Shown: positions 46,956-57,270, counted from the first letter of the stretch. The stretch: DNA of 64,000 nucleotides from Minisyncoccota bacterium (GCA_041661795.1 JBAZTS010000002.1:36263-100262), one strand, 5' to 3'. Notes: a model not told the origin generated them from the sequence alone. A program made the numbers and translations.

Positions 46956-47384
46956 ATGAAAAATTATCTATATATAGCAATTGTGTTGGTTTTAGTTATC
47001 GGGGGAATCGTATATAATTCTTATAATAAAAATAACATAAATAATATGAGTAATACACAAGAGGGACTTATTATTGAGGACTTGATAGTTGGCGGTGGAA
47101 AAGAGGCGCAGGTTAAAGATAGTGTGGTGGTGAATTATGTAGGCACTCTTACCGATGGAACTAAGTTTGATAGCTCTTATGATAGAGGTCAGCCATTTCC
47201 TTTTATACTGGGAGCGGGCGACGTCATAAAGGGTTGGGACAAGGGAGTTTTAGGGATGAAAGTCGGTGGTAAAAGAAAATTAACAATTTCTCCCGAACTG
47301 GCTTATGGCGACAGTGGAGCCGGGTCAATTATCCCTCCCAACGCCACCTTGATATTTGAAGTTGAGTTATTAAAAGTTGAATAG
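46956..47384 (+). CDS. FKBP-type peptidyl-prolyl cis-trans isomerase
   Basis: [61 protein letters not shown]…LIFEVELL. Confidence 0.85.
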   Translation: MKNYLYIAIVLVLVIGGIVYNSYNKNNINNMSNTQEGLIIEDLIVGGGKEAQVKDSVVVNYVGTLTDGTKFDSSYDRGQPFPFILGAGDVIKGWDKGVLGMKVGGKRKLTISPELAYGDSGAGSIIPPNATLIFEVELLKVE

Positions 47385-47386
47385 AA

Positions 47387-48235
47387 ATGAAAATGAGGAT
47401 TGGGGCTCATGTTTCTGCTTCCGGAGGTTTAGGAGAAACGATAAAGAGAGCTAAAGAAATAGGTGCTAACACCATTCAAATTTTTGGCGCTTCTCCTGTC
47501 AGATGGCAAGCGTCTTTACCGGATAAAAAAGAGGCGGAAAAATTTTATTTAGAAGCAAAAGAAAACGACATCTTACCTATTTTTCTTCATGCCCCCTATC
47601 TTATTAATTTACCCAGTCAAAAAGAAAATTTACCCTCTCTTTCAAAAAATCTTTTAAAAAAACATTTGGAAATATCAAATGCCATTAAAGCCAATGGTGT
47701 TATTTTTCATATAGGTTCTAGGGGAGACAGGGAAGAAAAAGAAGGTCTAAAAATTGTAATTGATTCAATTAAACAAATATTAGAAGACGTTAAAGAAGGA
47801 AATCTTCTGATAGAAAACAGCGCTGGAGCTGGAAATTTGGTTGGTGACACCTTAGAAGAGATATCGGAAATCATAAAGAGTGTGAAAAGTAATCGCTTAG
47901 GAATGTGTTTGGATACGGCTCACGCTTTTGAATCGGGAATACTTCCCGACTATTCCAAAAAATCCATTGATGAATTTTCAAAAAAAATTGATAAGTTAAT
48001 CGGATTTGATAAGATTTTGGCTGTCCATCTTAACGACAGCAAAACGCCCTCTTTCTCAAACAAAGACAGACATGAAAATATAGGGGAGGGAATGATAGGA
48101 AAAGAGGGTATAAAGAATTTTATTAACCATAAGGACTTTAAAAAACTCCCATTTCTTCTTGAAGTTCCCGGGTTTGACGATAATGGACCGGATAAAAAGA
48201 ATATTGATATAGTCAAATCTCTCGTGGTAGAATAA
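47387..48235 (+). CDS. nfo: deoxyribonuclease IV (AP endonuclease family 2)
   Basis: MRIGAHVSASGGL…IQIF…, …HAPYLINL…, …HLNDSK…: Nfo TIM-barrel metal-site motifs. Confidence 0.85.
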   Translation: MKMRIGAHVSASGGLGETIKRAKEIGANTIQIFGASPVRWQASLPDKKEAEKFYLEAKENDILPIFLHAPYLINLPSQKENLPSLSKNLLKKHLEISNAIKANGVIFHIGSRGDREEKEGLKIVIDSIKQILEDVKEGNLLIENSAGAGNLVGDTLEEISEIIKSVKSNRLGMCLDTAHAFESGILPDYSKKSIDEFSKKIDKLIGFDKILAVHLNDSKTPSFSNKDRHENIGEGMIGKEGIKNFINHKDFKKLPFLLEVPGFDDNGPDKKNIDIVKSLVVE

Positions 48236-48240
48236 GCAAG

Positions 48241-48321
48241 ATGAATAAGAAAAGAAAAATTGCCGGCAGGAAACACGCTAAAAAAGCTGGCAAGAAGATA
48301 AAGTCAATTCGTAACCGTTAA
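48241..48321 (+). CDS. putative 26-aa basic peptide (MNKKRKIAGRKHAKKAGKKIKSIRNR)
   Basis: Short Lys/Arg-rich ORF between nfo and the HAD gene; compositionally like the 10277-10363 peptide; weak RBS. Confidence 0.25.
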   Translation: MNKKRKIAGRKHAKKAGKKIKSIRNR

Positions 48322-48326
48322 GGTTT

Positions 48327-48998
48327 ATGAAACCCCTGGCTATATTTGATATAGACGGAACTATATTTAGAAGCTCTTTAGTTATAGAACTTAACAGGGC
48401 TTTAGTTAAATATGGTGTTTTTCCTCCGATAGTGGAAAAGGAGATAGAACATCATTATATAAAGTGGGTGAATAGAAAAGGTGACTATGATGATTATATC
48501 AATCAAGTTATTAAGGCATTTGATAAAAGGATAGAGGGATGTTCGGTGGAGGATATAAAAAGAGTCAGTGAGGTTGTTATCAAGGAACAGAAAGATAAAG
48601 TATATCGTTTCACTAGAGATCTTATAAAAGAAATAAAAAAGAAGTATGTTTTGGTGGCTATTTCCGGGTCTCCTATTGAAATTGTAAAGATATTTGCAAG
48701 AAAATGGGGATTTGAAGTTTTTTATGGAACTTTCCATTATTCTAAAAATGGAAGATATACCGGTGAAATTAACGTGCCGGCAAGAAACAAAGAGAAAGTA
48801 GTTCTTGATTTGAAAAATAAAACTGGTTGGAGTTTAAAAAACTCTATTGGTGTAGGGGATACTGAAACTGATATCGGATTTTTGAAATTAGTTTCTAAAC
48901 CAATTTGTTTTAATCCCAACAAAAAACTTTACAATATCGCTAAAAAGAACGATTGGAAGATTGTTGTTGAAAGAAAAGACATGGTCTACAAAATATAA
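48327..48998 (+). CDS. HAD-superfamily hydrolase (HAD-IB / phosphoserine-phosphatase-like)
   Basis: Motif I IFDIDGTI; motif III/IV …GVGDTETD. Confidence 0.75.
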   Translation: MKPLAIFDIDGTIFRSSLVIELNRALVKYGVFPPIVEKEIEHHYIKWVNRKGDYDDYINQVIKAFDKRIEGCSVEDIKRVSEVVIKEQKDKVYRFTRDLIKEIKKKYVLVAISGSPIEIVKIFARKWGFEVFYGTFHYSKNGRYTGEINVPARNKEKVVLDLKNKTGWSLKNSIGVGDTETDIGFLKLVSKPICFNPNKKLYNIAKKNDWKIVVERKDMVYKI

Positions 48999-49663
48999 TG
49001 TTATACGTTGTTTCTACTCCAGTCGGTAATTTAAAAGATATTTCGGAACGTGCTTTAGAAACATTGAAAAATGTTGATTTTATAATTGCTGAAAGTCCGA
49101 CCGACTCAATAAAACTTCTTAACGCTTATTCTATAAAAAAAGAAATAGTTAAGTATAACGACAAAAATAACAAGTTGGTTGTTAATAAAATTGTTGAACG
49201 GCTGGAGAATGAAAATGCCGCTTATATAACGTCTGCTGGAACTCCTGGCATAAGTGATCCTGGTGCTGATTTGGTTAAAAAAACAAGAGAAACTGGAGTG
49301 ATAATAAATATAATTCCTGGAGCATCGGCTTTAGTTAGTGCCGTTGCCGTTTCTGGAATAAGAGCCAAGCTGTTTACATTTATTAGTTTTCCGCCAAAAA
49401 AATCGGGGCAGATGAAAAATTTTTTTGATGAATATAAAGAAAGAAAAGAAGTTTTGGTATTTTTTGAATCAACCCATCGTATATTAAAAACTTTAAATAT
49501 TTTAAAAGAAACAGTGCCTGATTGTTATGTTTGTGTAGCCAAAGAAATGACCAAGATATTTGAAAATTATTTTACCGGAAGTCCACAGGAGGTTATTGAT
49601 AAAATTAGTGAATTGCCTAAAAACGTAAGAGGGGAGTTTACGATTGTGATTGACTTTAAATAA
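48998..49663 (+). CDS. rsmI: 16S rRNA (cytidine1402-2'-O)-methyltransferase
   Basis: MLYVVSTPVGNLKDISERALETLKNVDFIIAE… (tetrapyrrole-methylase fold, RsmI N-terminus). Confidence 0.8.
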   Translation: MLYVVSTPVGNLKDISERALETLKNVDFIIAESPTDSIKLLNAYSIKKEIVKYNDKNNKLVVNKIVERLENENAAYITSAGTPGISDPGADLVKKTRETGVIINIIPGASALVSAVAVSGIRAKLFTFISFPPKKSGQMKNFFDEYKERKEVLVFFESTHRILKTLNILKETVPDCYVCVAKEMTKIFENYFTGSPQEVIDKISELPKNVRGEFTIVIDFK

Positions 49664-49698
49664 ATAAAAAGATATTTTTCTGTTAAGGGGGATGGATA

Positions 49699-49926
49699 AT
49701 GGCTAGAAGAAAACCGGCAAGATCGATAACCATAGATAGGATGACAAGGATGATTTGCGGAGTGCTGATTCCGTCAATTATCCTTCCTCGACTACAAGAG
49801 GCGGAAGACATCGCCCTTCGGACTCTGGGGGCTTTAGGAAAGTCCCAGAGTGAAGCTCGTCATCTTTTCTGGGTGGCTATTGAGACACTCGCCAAGAGTG
49901 AGCAGATTTCCAACGGCACGCAATAG
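49699..49926 (+). CDS. GC-rich small hypothetical protein (75 aa)
   Basis: AGGGGGA RBS about 5 nt upstream of the ATG; candidate promoter TTGACT-N17-TATTTT at 49649-49677; hairpin GGCGCGGAACttgtTCCGCGCC downstream; about 50% GC against a ~35% background. Confidence 0.35.
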   Translation: MARRKPARSITIDRMTRMICGVLIPSIILPRLQEAEDIALRTLGALGKSQSEARHLFWVAIETLAKSEQISNGTQ

Positions 49927-49975
49927 ACAGCTCTTTCCAACTATAGGCGCGGAACTTGTTCCGCGCCTTCTGCAT

Positions 49976-51133
<1,158 letters not shown>

Positions 51134-51178
51134 TTATAATAATCATATACCGAATACAGTATACCGTATACCGCAAAA

Positions 51179-52666
51179 ATGACTAAGTATATTAAATCTA
51201 AATTAAATAGTTGCTTTTCTTATCCCGATATACGGTCTACGGTTTACAGTTCCCGTTCCTTCACCCTTGTAGAACTCCTCGTCGTCATAGGTATCCTAGC
51301 AGTCCTTACTACAGCAGTCGTTATCATCCTCAATCCTGCTGATTATCTTGCTCAATCTCGTGACTCTAGAAGAATGAATGACCTCTCTCTCCTCAATAAC
51401 TCTCTCCAGAACTTAGAAGCCATAGACCCTACCATATCTTTTGGAACATCTCTTACCGTCTATATCTCCATCCCAGACGATGCTTCTTCTACCTGTGGAA
51501 CCTTAGGATTACCCAATCTTTCTTCAGGATATACATATAACTGTGTCTCTACAGCTAATCTCACCAAAACAGATGGTACAGGTTGGGTTCCTGTCAACTT
51601 TACTACTCAATCTATTGTTCAATTATCTGCTCTTCCTATAGATCCTACTAATACCCCTACAGATGGACTTTATTATACATATACTCCTGGAGGGAGTTGG
51701 CATCTAAGATCTATTCTTGAATCATCTAAATATCAATCCAAAGCTCTAAACGATGGAGGCACATCAGACAACGCCTTTGAAACAGGAACGAACATGGCTC
51801 TTGCTCCAGCAGTATTCCCCAACAACTGGATAAAGGTTCCCGGAAGCTCCACATACAATACCTCTGATTTTTGGGTTATGAAGTATGAGGCCAAGTATGA
51901 CAAGGATAATGATGGAAAAGGAGATGCAACATCATATTGTAGATACGGTGGTTATAATTCAATTTCTATTGGTTGTGTTACTGGTGGCAGTTTTATATCC
52001 TCAGCTTATGGTTTTCCTGTTGCTACCGCTTATTCTGCTTCTGACGCTAACAATGCCTGTTCTTCTACCGGTGCTCATCTTGTTACAAATAACGAATGGA
52101 TGACGATCGCCAGAAATGTAGAACAAGTTGATTCCAACTGGACAGGCGGTTCTGTTGGTTCCGGAAAATTATTTATTGGCAACTATGGTTATTGTTATGG
52201 AGTTAGTAATTGCTATACCTTTAGTGGCACGTTTCAAGATTATGGAACTAATAGAAACTCAAGAGCAAAGTTGACTCTTTCCAATAAGGAAGAAATATAT
52301 GACTTTTCTGGTAATATGGCCGAAAATGTAAAACTCGGATCTTCTTTTGCTATTACCGAAGCAAATCATCCGGATGCGATCAGTATAGGAGATTGGGCCA
52401 ATAATGATTTTTTATCTCTTACTAGTTATGGAGATTTTTCTTCTTATGATAATCTAGGACCATCTGATGACTCATGGACTAATGCCAGTCAAGGAGTTGG
52501 ATATATGTATCATTGCGATGGATGTTCTTCTGGTGGCGCCTCAACAATAATTAGAGGAGGATCAGTTGATTCTCAAGCCGCTGGAGCTCCTGGAATATAT
52601 ACGATTCGTCTGCGTTATATAGGTGGCGATTATAATGCTTATAGTGGTTTTCGCTGCGCTAAATAA
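51179..52666 (+). CDS. type IV pilin-like protein with a C-terminal FGE-sulfatase/C-type-lectin-like domain
   Basis: …RS|FTLVELLVVIGILAVLTTAVVII (prepilin-type N-terminal helix); C-terminal …NNEWMTIARN…DFSGNMAENV… resembles FGE-sulfatase-domain motifs; C-ending codon bias unlike its neighbours. Confidence 0.55.
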   Translation: MTKYIKSKLNSCFSYPDIRSTVYSSRSFTLVELLVVIGILAVLTTAVVIILNPADYLAQSRDSRRMNDLSLLNNSLQNLEAIDPTISFGTSLTVYISIPDDASSTCGTLGLPNLSSGYTYNCVSTANLTKTDGTGWVPVNFTTQSIVQLSALPIDPTNTPTDGLYYTYTPGGSWHLRSILESSKYQSKALNDGGTSDNAFETGTNMALAPAVFPNNWIKVPGSSTYNTSDFWVMKYEAKYDKDNDGKGDATSYCRYGGYNSISIGCVTGGSFISSAYGFPVATAYSASDANNACSSTGAHLVTNNEWMTIARNVEQVDSNWTGGSVGSGKLFIGNYGYCYGVSNCYTFSGTFQDYGTNRNSRAKLTLSNKEEIYDFSGNMAENVKLGSSFAITEANHPDAISIGDWANNDFLSLTSYGDFSSYDNLGPSDDSWTNASQGVGYMYHCDGCSSGGASTIIRGGSVDSQAAGAPGIYTIRLRYIGGDYNAYSGFRCAK

Positions 52667-52668
52667 TT

Positions 52669-54618
52669 TTATGAAGATGCTTTTTTAATTGCCTCCATTT
52701 CTTTTTTTATTTGAGTAGCTTTTTCAAACTGTAAATTTCTCTGTGCCATTTCCAGTTTTTGCCTTAATTCTTTCAAATAATCCCTCTTAAATTCACTGCT
52801 GATATTTTTGAACTCTTCGCTTTTCTCTTCTTTATTATCTAATAATGTATTTTTTATTTCTTTTATTATGGCCTGTGGCTTTTTATTGTGTTTGCGATTA
52901 TATTCCTGCTGAATTTTTCTTCTTCTGTCCATTTCGGATATTGCTCCTTTCATTGATTTAGTAGTTTTGTCGGCATACATAATCACATGGCTGTTTAAGT
53001 TTCTGGCAGATCTTCCGGCAATTTGAATGAAAGAAGTTTTATCTCTTAAAAATCCTTCTTTGTCGGCGTCTAAAATAGCTATTAATGAAACTTCAGGTAA
53101 ATCCAATCCCTCTCTTAATAAGTTTATCCCAACCAGAACATCAAACTTTCCGGTTCTCAAATCAAAAAGAATTTTTGGTCTTTCCAATGTATCAATTTCG
53201 GAATGTAAAAACTCAGCTTTTATTTTTTTATCCTTAAAATGTTGAACTAGGGCTTCTGACAAGCGCTTGGTAAGAACAGTTACTAAAACTCTTTCTTTCC
53301 TTTTTATTCTTTCTTCTATTTCTTTTATTAAGTCAGGGATTTGATTTTCCGTGGGGCGAATCTCAGTTTCCGGGTCCAAAAGATAAGTTGGTCTGACAAT
53401 CTGTTGGGCAACCAAAGATGATTTTTCCAATTCATATTCAGCTGGGGTAGCCGAAGCAAACAAACATTTATTTATTTTTGAATGAAACTCGTTAAATTTA
53501 AGAGGTCGATTATCTAAGGCCGATGGTATGCGAAATCCGTGTTCTATAAGAGTTTCTTTTCTGGCTTTGTCGCCGTGATACATCCCTCTTACCTGAGGAA
53601 GAGTCATGTGGGACTCGTCTATAATCATCAAAAAATCTTTAGGAAAATAATCAATCAAAGTGAATGGGGGACTGTCTGGTTTTCTTCCCTCAAAATAACG
53701 GGAATAATTTTCAATTCCTTTACACCAGCCAACTTCAGATATCAAAGCCATATCATAATTAGTCCTTCTCTTGAGACGCTCGGCTTCTATCATTTTTCCT
53801 CTTTCCTGAAGTTTTTTAACTTGTTCTTCCAAATCCAAACGTATATTGGATATGGCTACTTGTCTTACACTCTCTTCCGATGACCAGAATTTTGCCGGAA
53901 ATAAATTAATTTCTTTTATATCTTTACTTTTTCCAAACGGCGCTTCCATTTCCACTATTTTCTCAATTGATTCGTGGTTTATCTTAAATCTGTATAAAAT
54001 ATCTCCTCCCGGGGGCCAAACATCTATAAACTCGGCCCTCTGTCTAAAATTTCCTCTCCAAAAACCAAATTCGTTTCTCTCAAACTGTAAAGTTAGTAAT
54101 TTTTTTAGAAGTTCTCTTTTAGTTGTTTTTTGACCCACTTTTATTTTTAAAGAAAGATTTTTGTATGCCTCTGGAGAACCCAAATTATAAATACAGGAAA
54201 CAGAAGCCACGATTATGGTGTTTGGATTTTTTAAAACTGATTGGACGGCCGCGTGTCTTAGTTTGTCTATCTCTTCATTAATTTGAACTTCCTTTTCTAT
54301 ATAAGTATCGGATGTGGGTAAGTAGGCCTCTGGTTGGTAGTAGTCGTAGTAGGAAACAAAATAATGGACATTGTCTTTAGGAAATATCATTTTAAATTCT
54401 TCATAAAGCTGGGCGGCTAAAGTTTTGTTATGGGAAATAACTAAGGTGGGCTTGTTAAGTGCCTGAATGGTGTGGGCCATAGTAAACGTTTTACCGCTTC
54501 CGGTAACTCCCAAAAGTGTCTGGAATTTATTGTTTTTACGGAACCCAGAAACTATCTGTTTTATAGCTTTGGGTTGATCGCCAGCTGGCTTTAGTTTTTT
54601 TGATATATTAAATGGCAT
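52669..54618 (-). CDS. uvrB: excinuclease ABC subunit B
   Basis: …LLGVTGSGKTFTMA…, DESH, helicase motifs, and a C-terminal UVR coiled-coil (…LQFEKATQIKKEMEAIK). Confidence 0.95.
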   Translation of the reverse strand: MPFNISKKLKPAGDQPKAIKQIVSGFRKNNKFQTLLGVTGSGKTFTMAHTIQALNKPTLVISHNKTLAAQLYEEFKMIFPKDNVHYFVSYYDYYQPEAYLPTSDTYIEKEVQINEEIDKLRHAAVQSVLKNPNTIIVASVSCIYNLGSPEAYKNLSLKIKVGQKTTKRELLKKLLTLQFERNEFGFWRGNFRQRAEFIDVWPPGGDILYRFKINHESIEKIVEMEAPFGKSKDIKEINLFPAKFWSSEESVRQVAISNIRLDLEEQVKKLQERGKMIEAERLKRRTNYDMALISEVGWCKGIENYSRYFEGRKPDSPPFTLIDYFPKDFLMIIDESHMTLPQVRGMYHGDKARKETLIEHGFRIPSALDNRPLKFNEFHSKINKCLFASATPAEYELEKSSLVAQQIVRPTYLLDPETEIRPTENQIPDLIKEIEERIKRKERVLVTVLTKRLSEALVQHFKDKKIKAEFLHSEIDTLERPKILFDLRTGKFDVLVGINLLREGLDLPEVSLIAILDADKEGFLRDKTSFIQIAGRSARNLNSHVIMYADKTTKSMKGAISEMDRRRKIQQEYNRKHNKKPQAIIKEIKNTLLDNKEEKSEEFKNISSEFKRDYLKELRQKLEMAQRNLQFEKATQIKKEMEAIKKASS

Positions 54619-54842
54619 AATTTTCTGCCACCTTTTTGGTCAGAAAAAGGTGGCGCCAAAACTGACAACCCTGTATATCCTCTCAAACAAATGAAACAAA
54701 TATCTCGCTTTGTCTTGAACTCGTATCTGCTATACTCACACACTCAAGACACTAAAAGCTCATATTTGCTTTATTTGTTAGTGTTCGGACATACGGGTTG
54801 ATATTTAGCTAATAATAGCCCTAAATCTAGTGTTTGTTAATA

Positions 54843-54871
54843 TTGACTTATTAGTAATAATATGATATACT
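54843..54871 (+). promoter_or_regulatory. consensus sigma70 promoter TTGACT-N17-TATACT preceding the GC-rich membrane-protein gene
   Basis: ttgact tattagtaataatatga tatact; a ~90-nt structured GC-rich leader follows. Confidence 0.55.
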
Positions 54872-54962
54872 CAAAACAAGTTTCGAAACCGCTTCACTGC
54901 CGTGAACAACACTACAGAAAGAGCGGTCGGAGCACTGCTCTTTCACAGAAAGGGGAACTTCG

Positions 54963-55361
54963 ATGAGTGGGATCGCTTGGTTTTTCGAGGTGTTCGCTCT
55001 GCTGTTTTTCGTGGGGACTCTGGGCGTTGCTTTCATCGGACGCCGCATCCTCAAGGCGGAGCAGGAGTCGTCGGTTCTGATGTCTTTCCTCCAGATCTGC
55101 AGTGGAGCGCTCTTCATCTTCTACGTTTTCGGACTGGGTCAACTCATGGCTCTGTCTGGACTGGAAGGTGCAAGGGCGCCCCGGTGGCTGATTCCGGGCA
55201 CCTACATCACTCTCACCATCTTCAGCGCGTTGACTCGGCTGGCTCTTCCAAGGTGGGGCAGTGACAACAAAGCGATGCAACTCTGGAGTGTCGTCAGCGT
55301 CCTGACGTTCCTACTCGGCACGTTCTGCCTCGGGGCGTACTCGTCCAACTACTTCGAGTAG
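54963..55361 (+). CDS. GC-rich (~58% GC) 4-TM membrane protein of unknown function
   Basis: AAAGGGGAAC RBS before the ATG at 54963; four hydrophobic helices; terminator hairpin at 55386-55420; overlapping alternative-frame ORFs were rejected. Confidence 0.4.
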   Translation: MSGIAWFFEVFALLFFVGTLGVAFIGRRILKAEQESSVLMSFLQICSGALFIFYVFGLGQLMALSGLEGARAPRWLIPGTYITLTIFSALTRLALPRWGSDNKAMQLWSVVSVLTFLLGTFCLGAYSSNYFE

Positions 55362-55385
55362 GTCTCCTTCTTCAGCTCTTCAACT

Positions 55386-55420
55386 GGCGGCGTCTCTCAC
55401 GAGGCGCCGCACTGCTTTTT
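55386..55420 (+). terminator. intrinsic terminator (GGCGGCGucucucacgagGCGCCGC followed by a T-run)
   Basis: GC stem followed by ACTGCTTTTT. Confidence 0.55.
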
Positions 55421-55467
55421 ATATGGTTATAAAATTTATATAAATTTCCCCGTCAATATAAATCCGC

Positions 55468-56607
55468 TTAATCGGTATATGTCCGTGACCGACGTAGTCG
55501 GTGGTATCGTATAGCAAATCTGTGGGCTTCGTTTCTTAACGAAAGTAATGTATTTTTAACATCTTCGGGGATTTGGCTCAAGCTGATAGGGGATTTTGAA
55601 TAGGGACTGTAAATCAATCCTTTTGTTTGTGATCTTTTATATTTCTTGCCAACATCGTTAATTAACTTACCATTACAATTAGAACGATCGTTGTAATTGT
55701 AATGGTGTGGATTATTACCCACAGATTGCAATTTGCCCACGTTTAGTTTTGCTAGAGCTATCATCGGAATCTTAATTGTTTTGAGTTGTGAGATTTGTGA
55801 TTTTCCTCCGTCAATGATAATTAAATCCGGATATTTCCATTCTTTGTGGTTAAGGCGTCTTTCTATAATTTCTTTTATTGAAGCCGGGTCATTGGCTCCT
55901 TTTATCGTTTTTATTTTAAATTTTCTGTAAAGATTTTTATTAGGTTTATTTCCGATAAACGTTACCATTGAGCCAACTGACAAACTACCTTGGGTATTGG
56001 AAATGTCGTAGCACTCAATATGTGTTTTTTCTCCATTATATAAACGAAGAAAAGTTTTTAATCCATTAACCACCTGGATGTATTTTTTTACTTCGATATT
56101 ATGAGCGGAACATAACCCTAAGTGATAATACAAGCACGGCTTTTCCGGTTTATTTTTACATGTGCGATAGGGGAATATTCTTCTGATTATCAATAAGAGA
56201 TGCTTAATCTCTTTTGCGTCTACAAACGGGCCAACAAAATCGGCTTTAAATTTTTTTGTTTGGTGTGTTAAAAGCACTCTGGGGTACTTTTCGTCGGTAA
56301 AAGCTATATACAAAAAATCCTTGTCATCTTTAAGTTCAATGTTATATTTTGGCTGATACTGTCTAACTAATTTTCTTTCTAAAATCAAGGCGTCTTTTTC
56401 AGATGGGGTTTCTATAAAATCTAAGTCAGCTACTTGTTTGTAAAAATTAATAGAAGCATTCTCTTGTCTAGAAAAATGCGATTCTATTCTCTTTTTTATA
56501 TTAATAGCTTTTCCGATATACAAAATCTTCTCATTCTTATCTTTGAAAATATATACTCCCGGTTTCTTAGGAAGTGCTTTTATCTTATTCTTCAGGATTG
56601 TTTTCAC
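55468..56607 (-). CDS. uvrC: minimal UvrC-like endonuclease (GIY-YIG, Cys motif and C-terminal endonuclease domain; no UvrB-binding or HhH domains), with a 36-bp palindrome in-frame
   Basis: GVYIFKDKNEKILYIGKAINIKKRIESHF (GIY-YIG); YRTCKNKPEKPCLYYHLGLC; IECYDISNTQG…DLIIIDGGKSQ…NEAHRFAIRYHR matches the UvrC catalytic D/D/H triad region; 379 aa. Confidence 0.7.
   Translation of the reverse strand: MKTILKNKIKALPKKPGVYIFKDKNEKILYIGKAINIKKRIESHFSRQENASINFYKQVADLDFIETPSEKDALILERKLVRQYQPKYNIELKDDKDFLYIAFTDEKYPRVLLTHQTKKFKADFVGPFVDAKEIKHLLLIIRRIFPYRTCKNKPEKPCLYYHLGLCSAHNIEVKKYIQVVNGLKTFLRLYNGEKTHIECYDISNTQGSLSVGSMVTFIGNKPNKNLYRKFKIKTIKGANDPASIKEIIERRLNHKEWKYPDLIIIDGGKSQISQLKTIKIPMIALAKLNVGKLQSVGNNPHHYNYNDRSNCNGKLINDVGKKYKRSQTKGLIYSPYSKSPISLSQIPEDVKNTLLSLRNEAHRFAIRYHRLRRSRTYTD
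55670..55705. repeat. 36-bp palindrome CCATTACAATTAGAACGATCGTTgTAATTGTAATGG (copy 1, in-frame inside the uvrC-like CDS)
   Basis: Near-perfect palindrome; translated as …HHYNYNDRSNCN… within the 379-aa ORF. Confidence 0.85.
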
Positions 56608-56645
56608 TGTTTTTTTATTTTTATCCTTATCTTAATCTTAATCTA

Positions 56646-56681
56646 CCATTACATTTAGAACGATCGTTCTAAATGTAATGG
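56646..56681. repeat. 36-bp perfect palindrome CCATTACATTTAGAACGATCGTTCTAAATGTAATGG (copy 2, intergenic)
   Basis: Between the uvrC-like start and the PaaX-like stop. Confidence 0.85.
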
Positions 56682-56684
56682 TGG

Positions 56685-57245
56685 CTAGATTTTCTTTATA
56701 GTCCCCATTTTTCCTATTTCCAATATCTCCACGTATTCGTTTATTCTCATTTTTTCTAAATCTTCCACAAACTTTTTAGGAATTTTTATTTTTCCTATCC
56801 AGACACTTTTTTGCAACATTTCAAATCCAATATTCTTTACAGCTGATCTTAACCAAGCCCTCTTCCTTTTAAATTTTTCCGGAACATCAAAAGCTATCAA
56901 AATAACATTGTTTCCGGCTTCTTTCTTATAATCTAAAGCTGGAGATTGATTATTGGATACCCGGTTAATAAGTTTTTTGGCTTTTTTAGTAATCTTGATA
57001 ATCAACCCCTCTTTTTGTTCTATGAGTCCGTCTTTCTTAAGACGATAAATCATTACCCTATATCTGTTTCTTATTTTTTCTTTCTCTGTTTTGATAGTCT
57101 CATTTTTAGTGCCGATTCTATTTAAATTGTCTCTTAATATAGACGTTGAGCCCCAAGAGAATAAAAACGCTTCAAAAGCATTAGAGTATGTTTGTCTATC
57201 TACATTATTTAGAAAACTTATTGTTTCTCTATTTCTTGCCCTCAT
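56685..57245 (-). CDS. PaaX-like regulator: N-terminal winged helix plus a C-terminal Cas2/VapD-like domain
   Basis: …RNRYRVMIYRLKKDGLIEQKEGLIIKITKKAKKLI (wHTH) followed by VILIAFDVPEKFKRKRAWLRSAVKNIGFEMLQKSVWIG (PaaX C-terminal-type fold). Confidence 0.45.
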   Translation of the reverse strand: MRARNRETISFLNNVDRQTYSNAFEAFLFSWGSTSILRDNLNRIGTKNETIKTEKEKIRNRYRVMIYRLKKDGLIEQKEGLIIKITKKAKKLINRVSNNQSPALDYKKEAGNNVILIAFDVPEKFKRKRAWLRSAVKNIGFEMLQKSVWIGKIKIPKKFVEDLEKMRINEYVEILEIGKMGTIKKI

Positions 57246-57270
57246 AACAATATTATATCATCATTTATTA

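Noticed and set aside
54902-55280. ORFs 54902..55264 (+) and 54912..55280 (-) in the GC-rich island
   Set aside because: They are alternative frames of the same GC-rich DNA with low-complexity R/H/G-rich translations. The 54963..55361 frame has an RBS and four clean TM helices.
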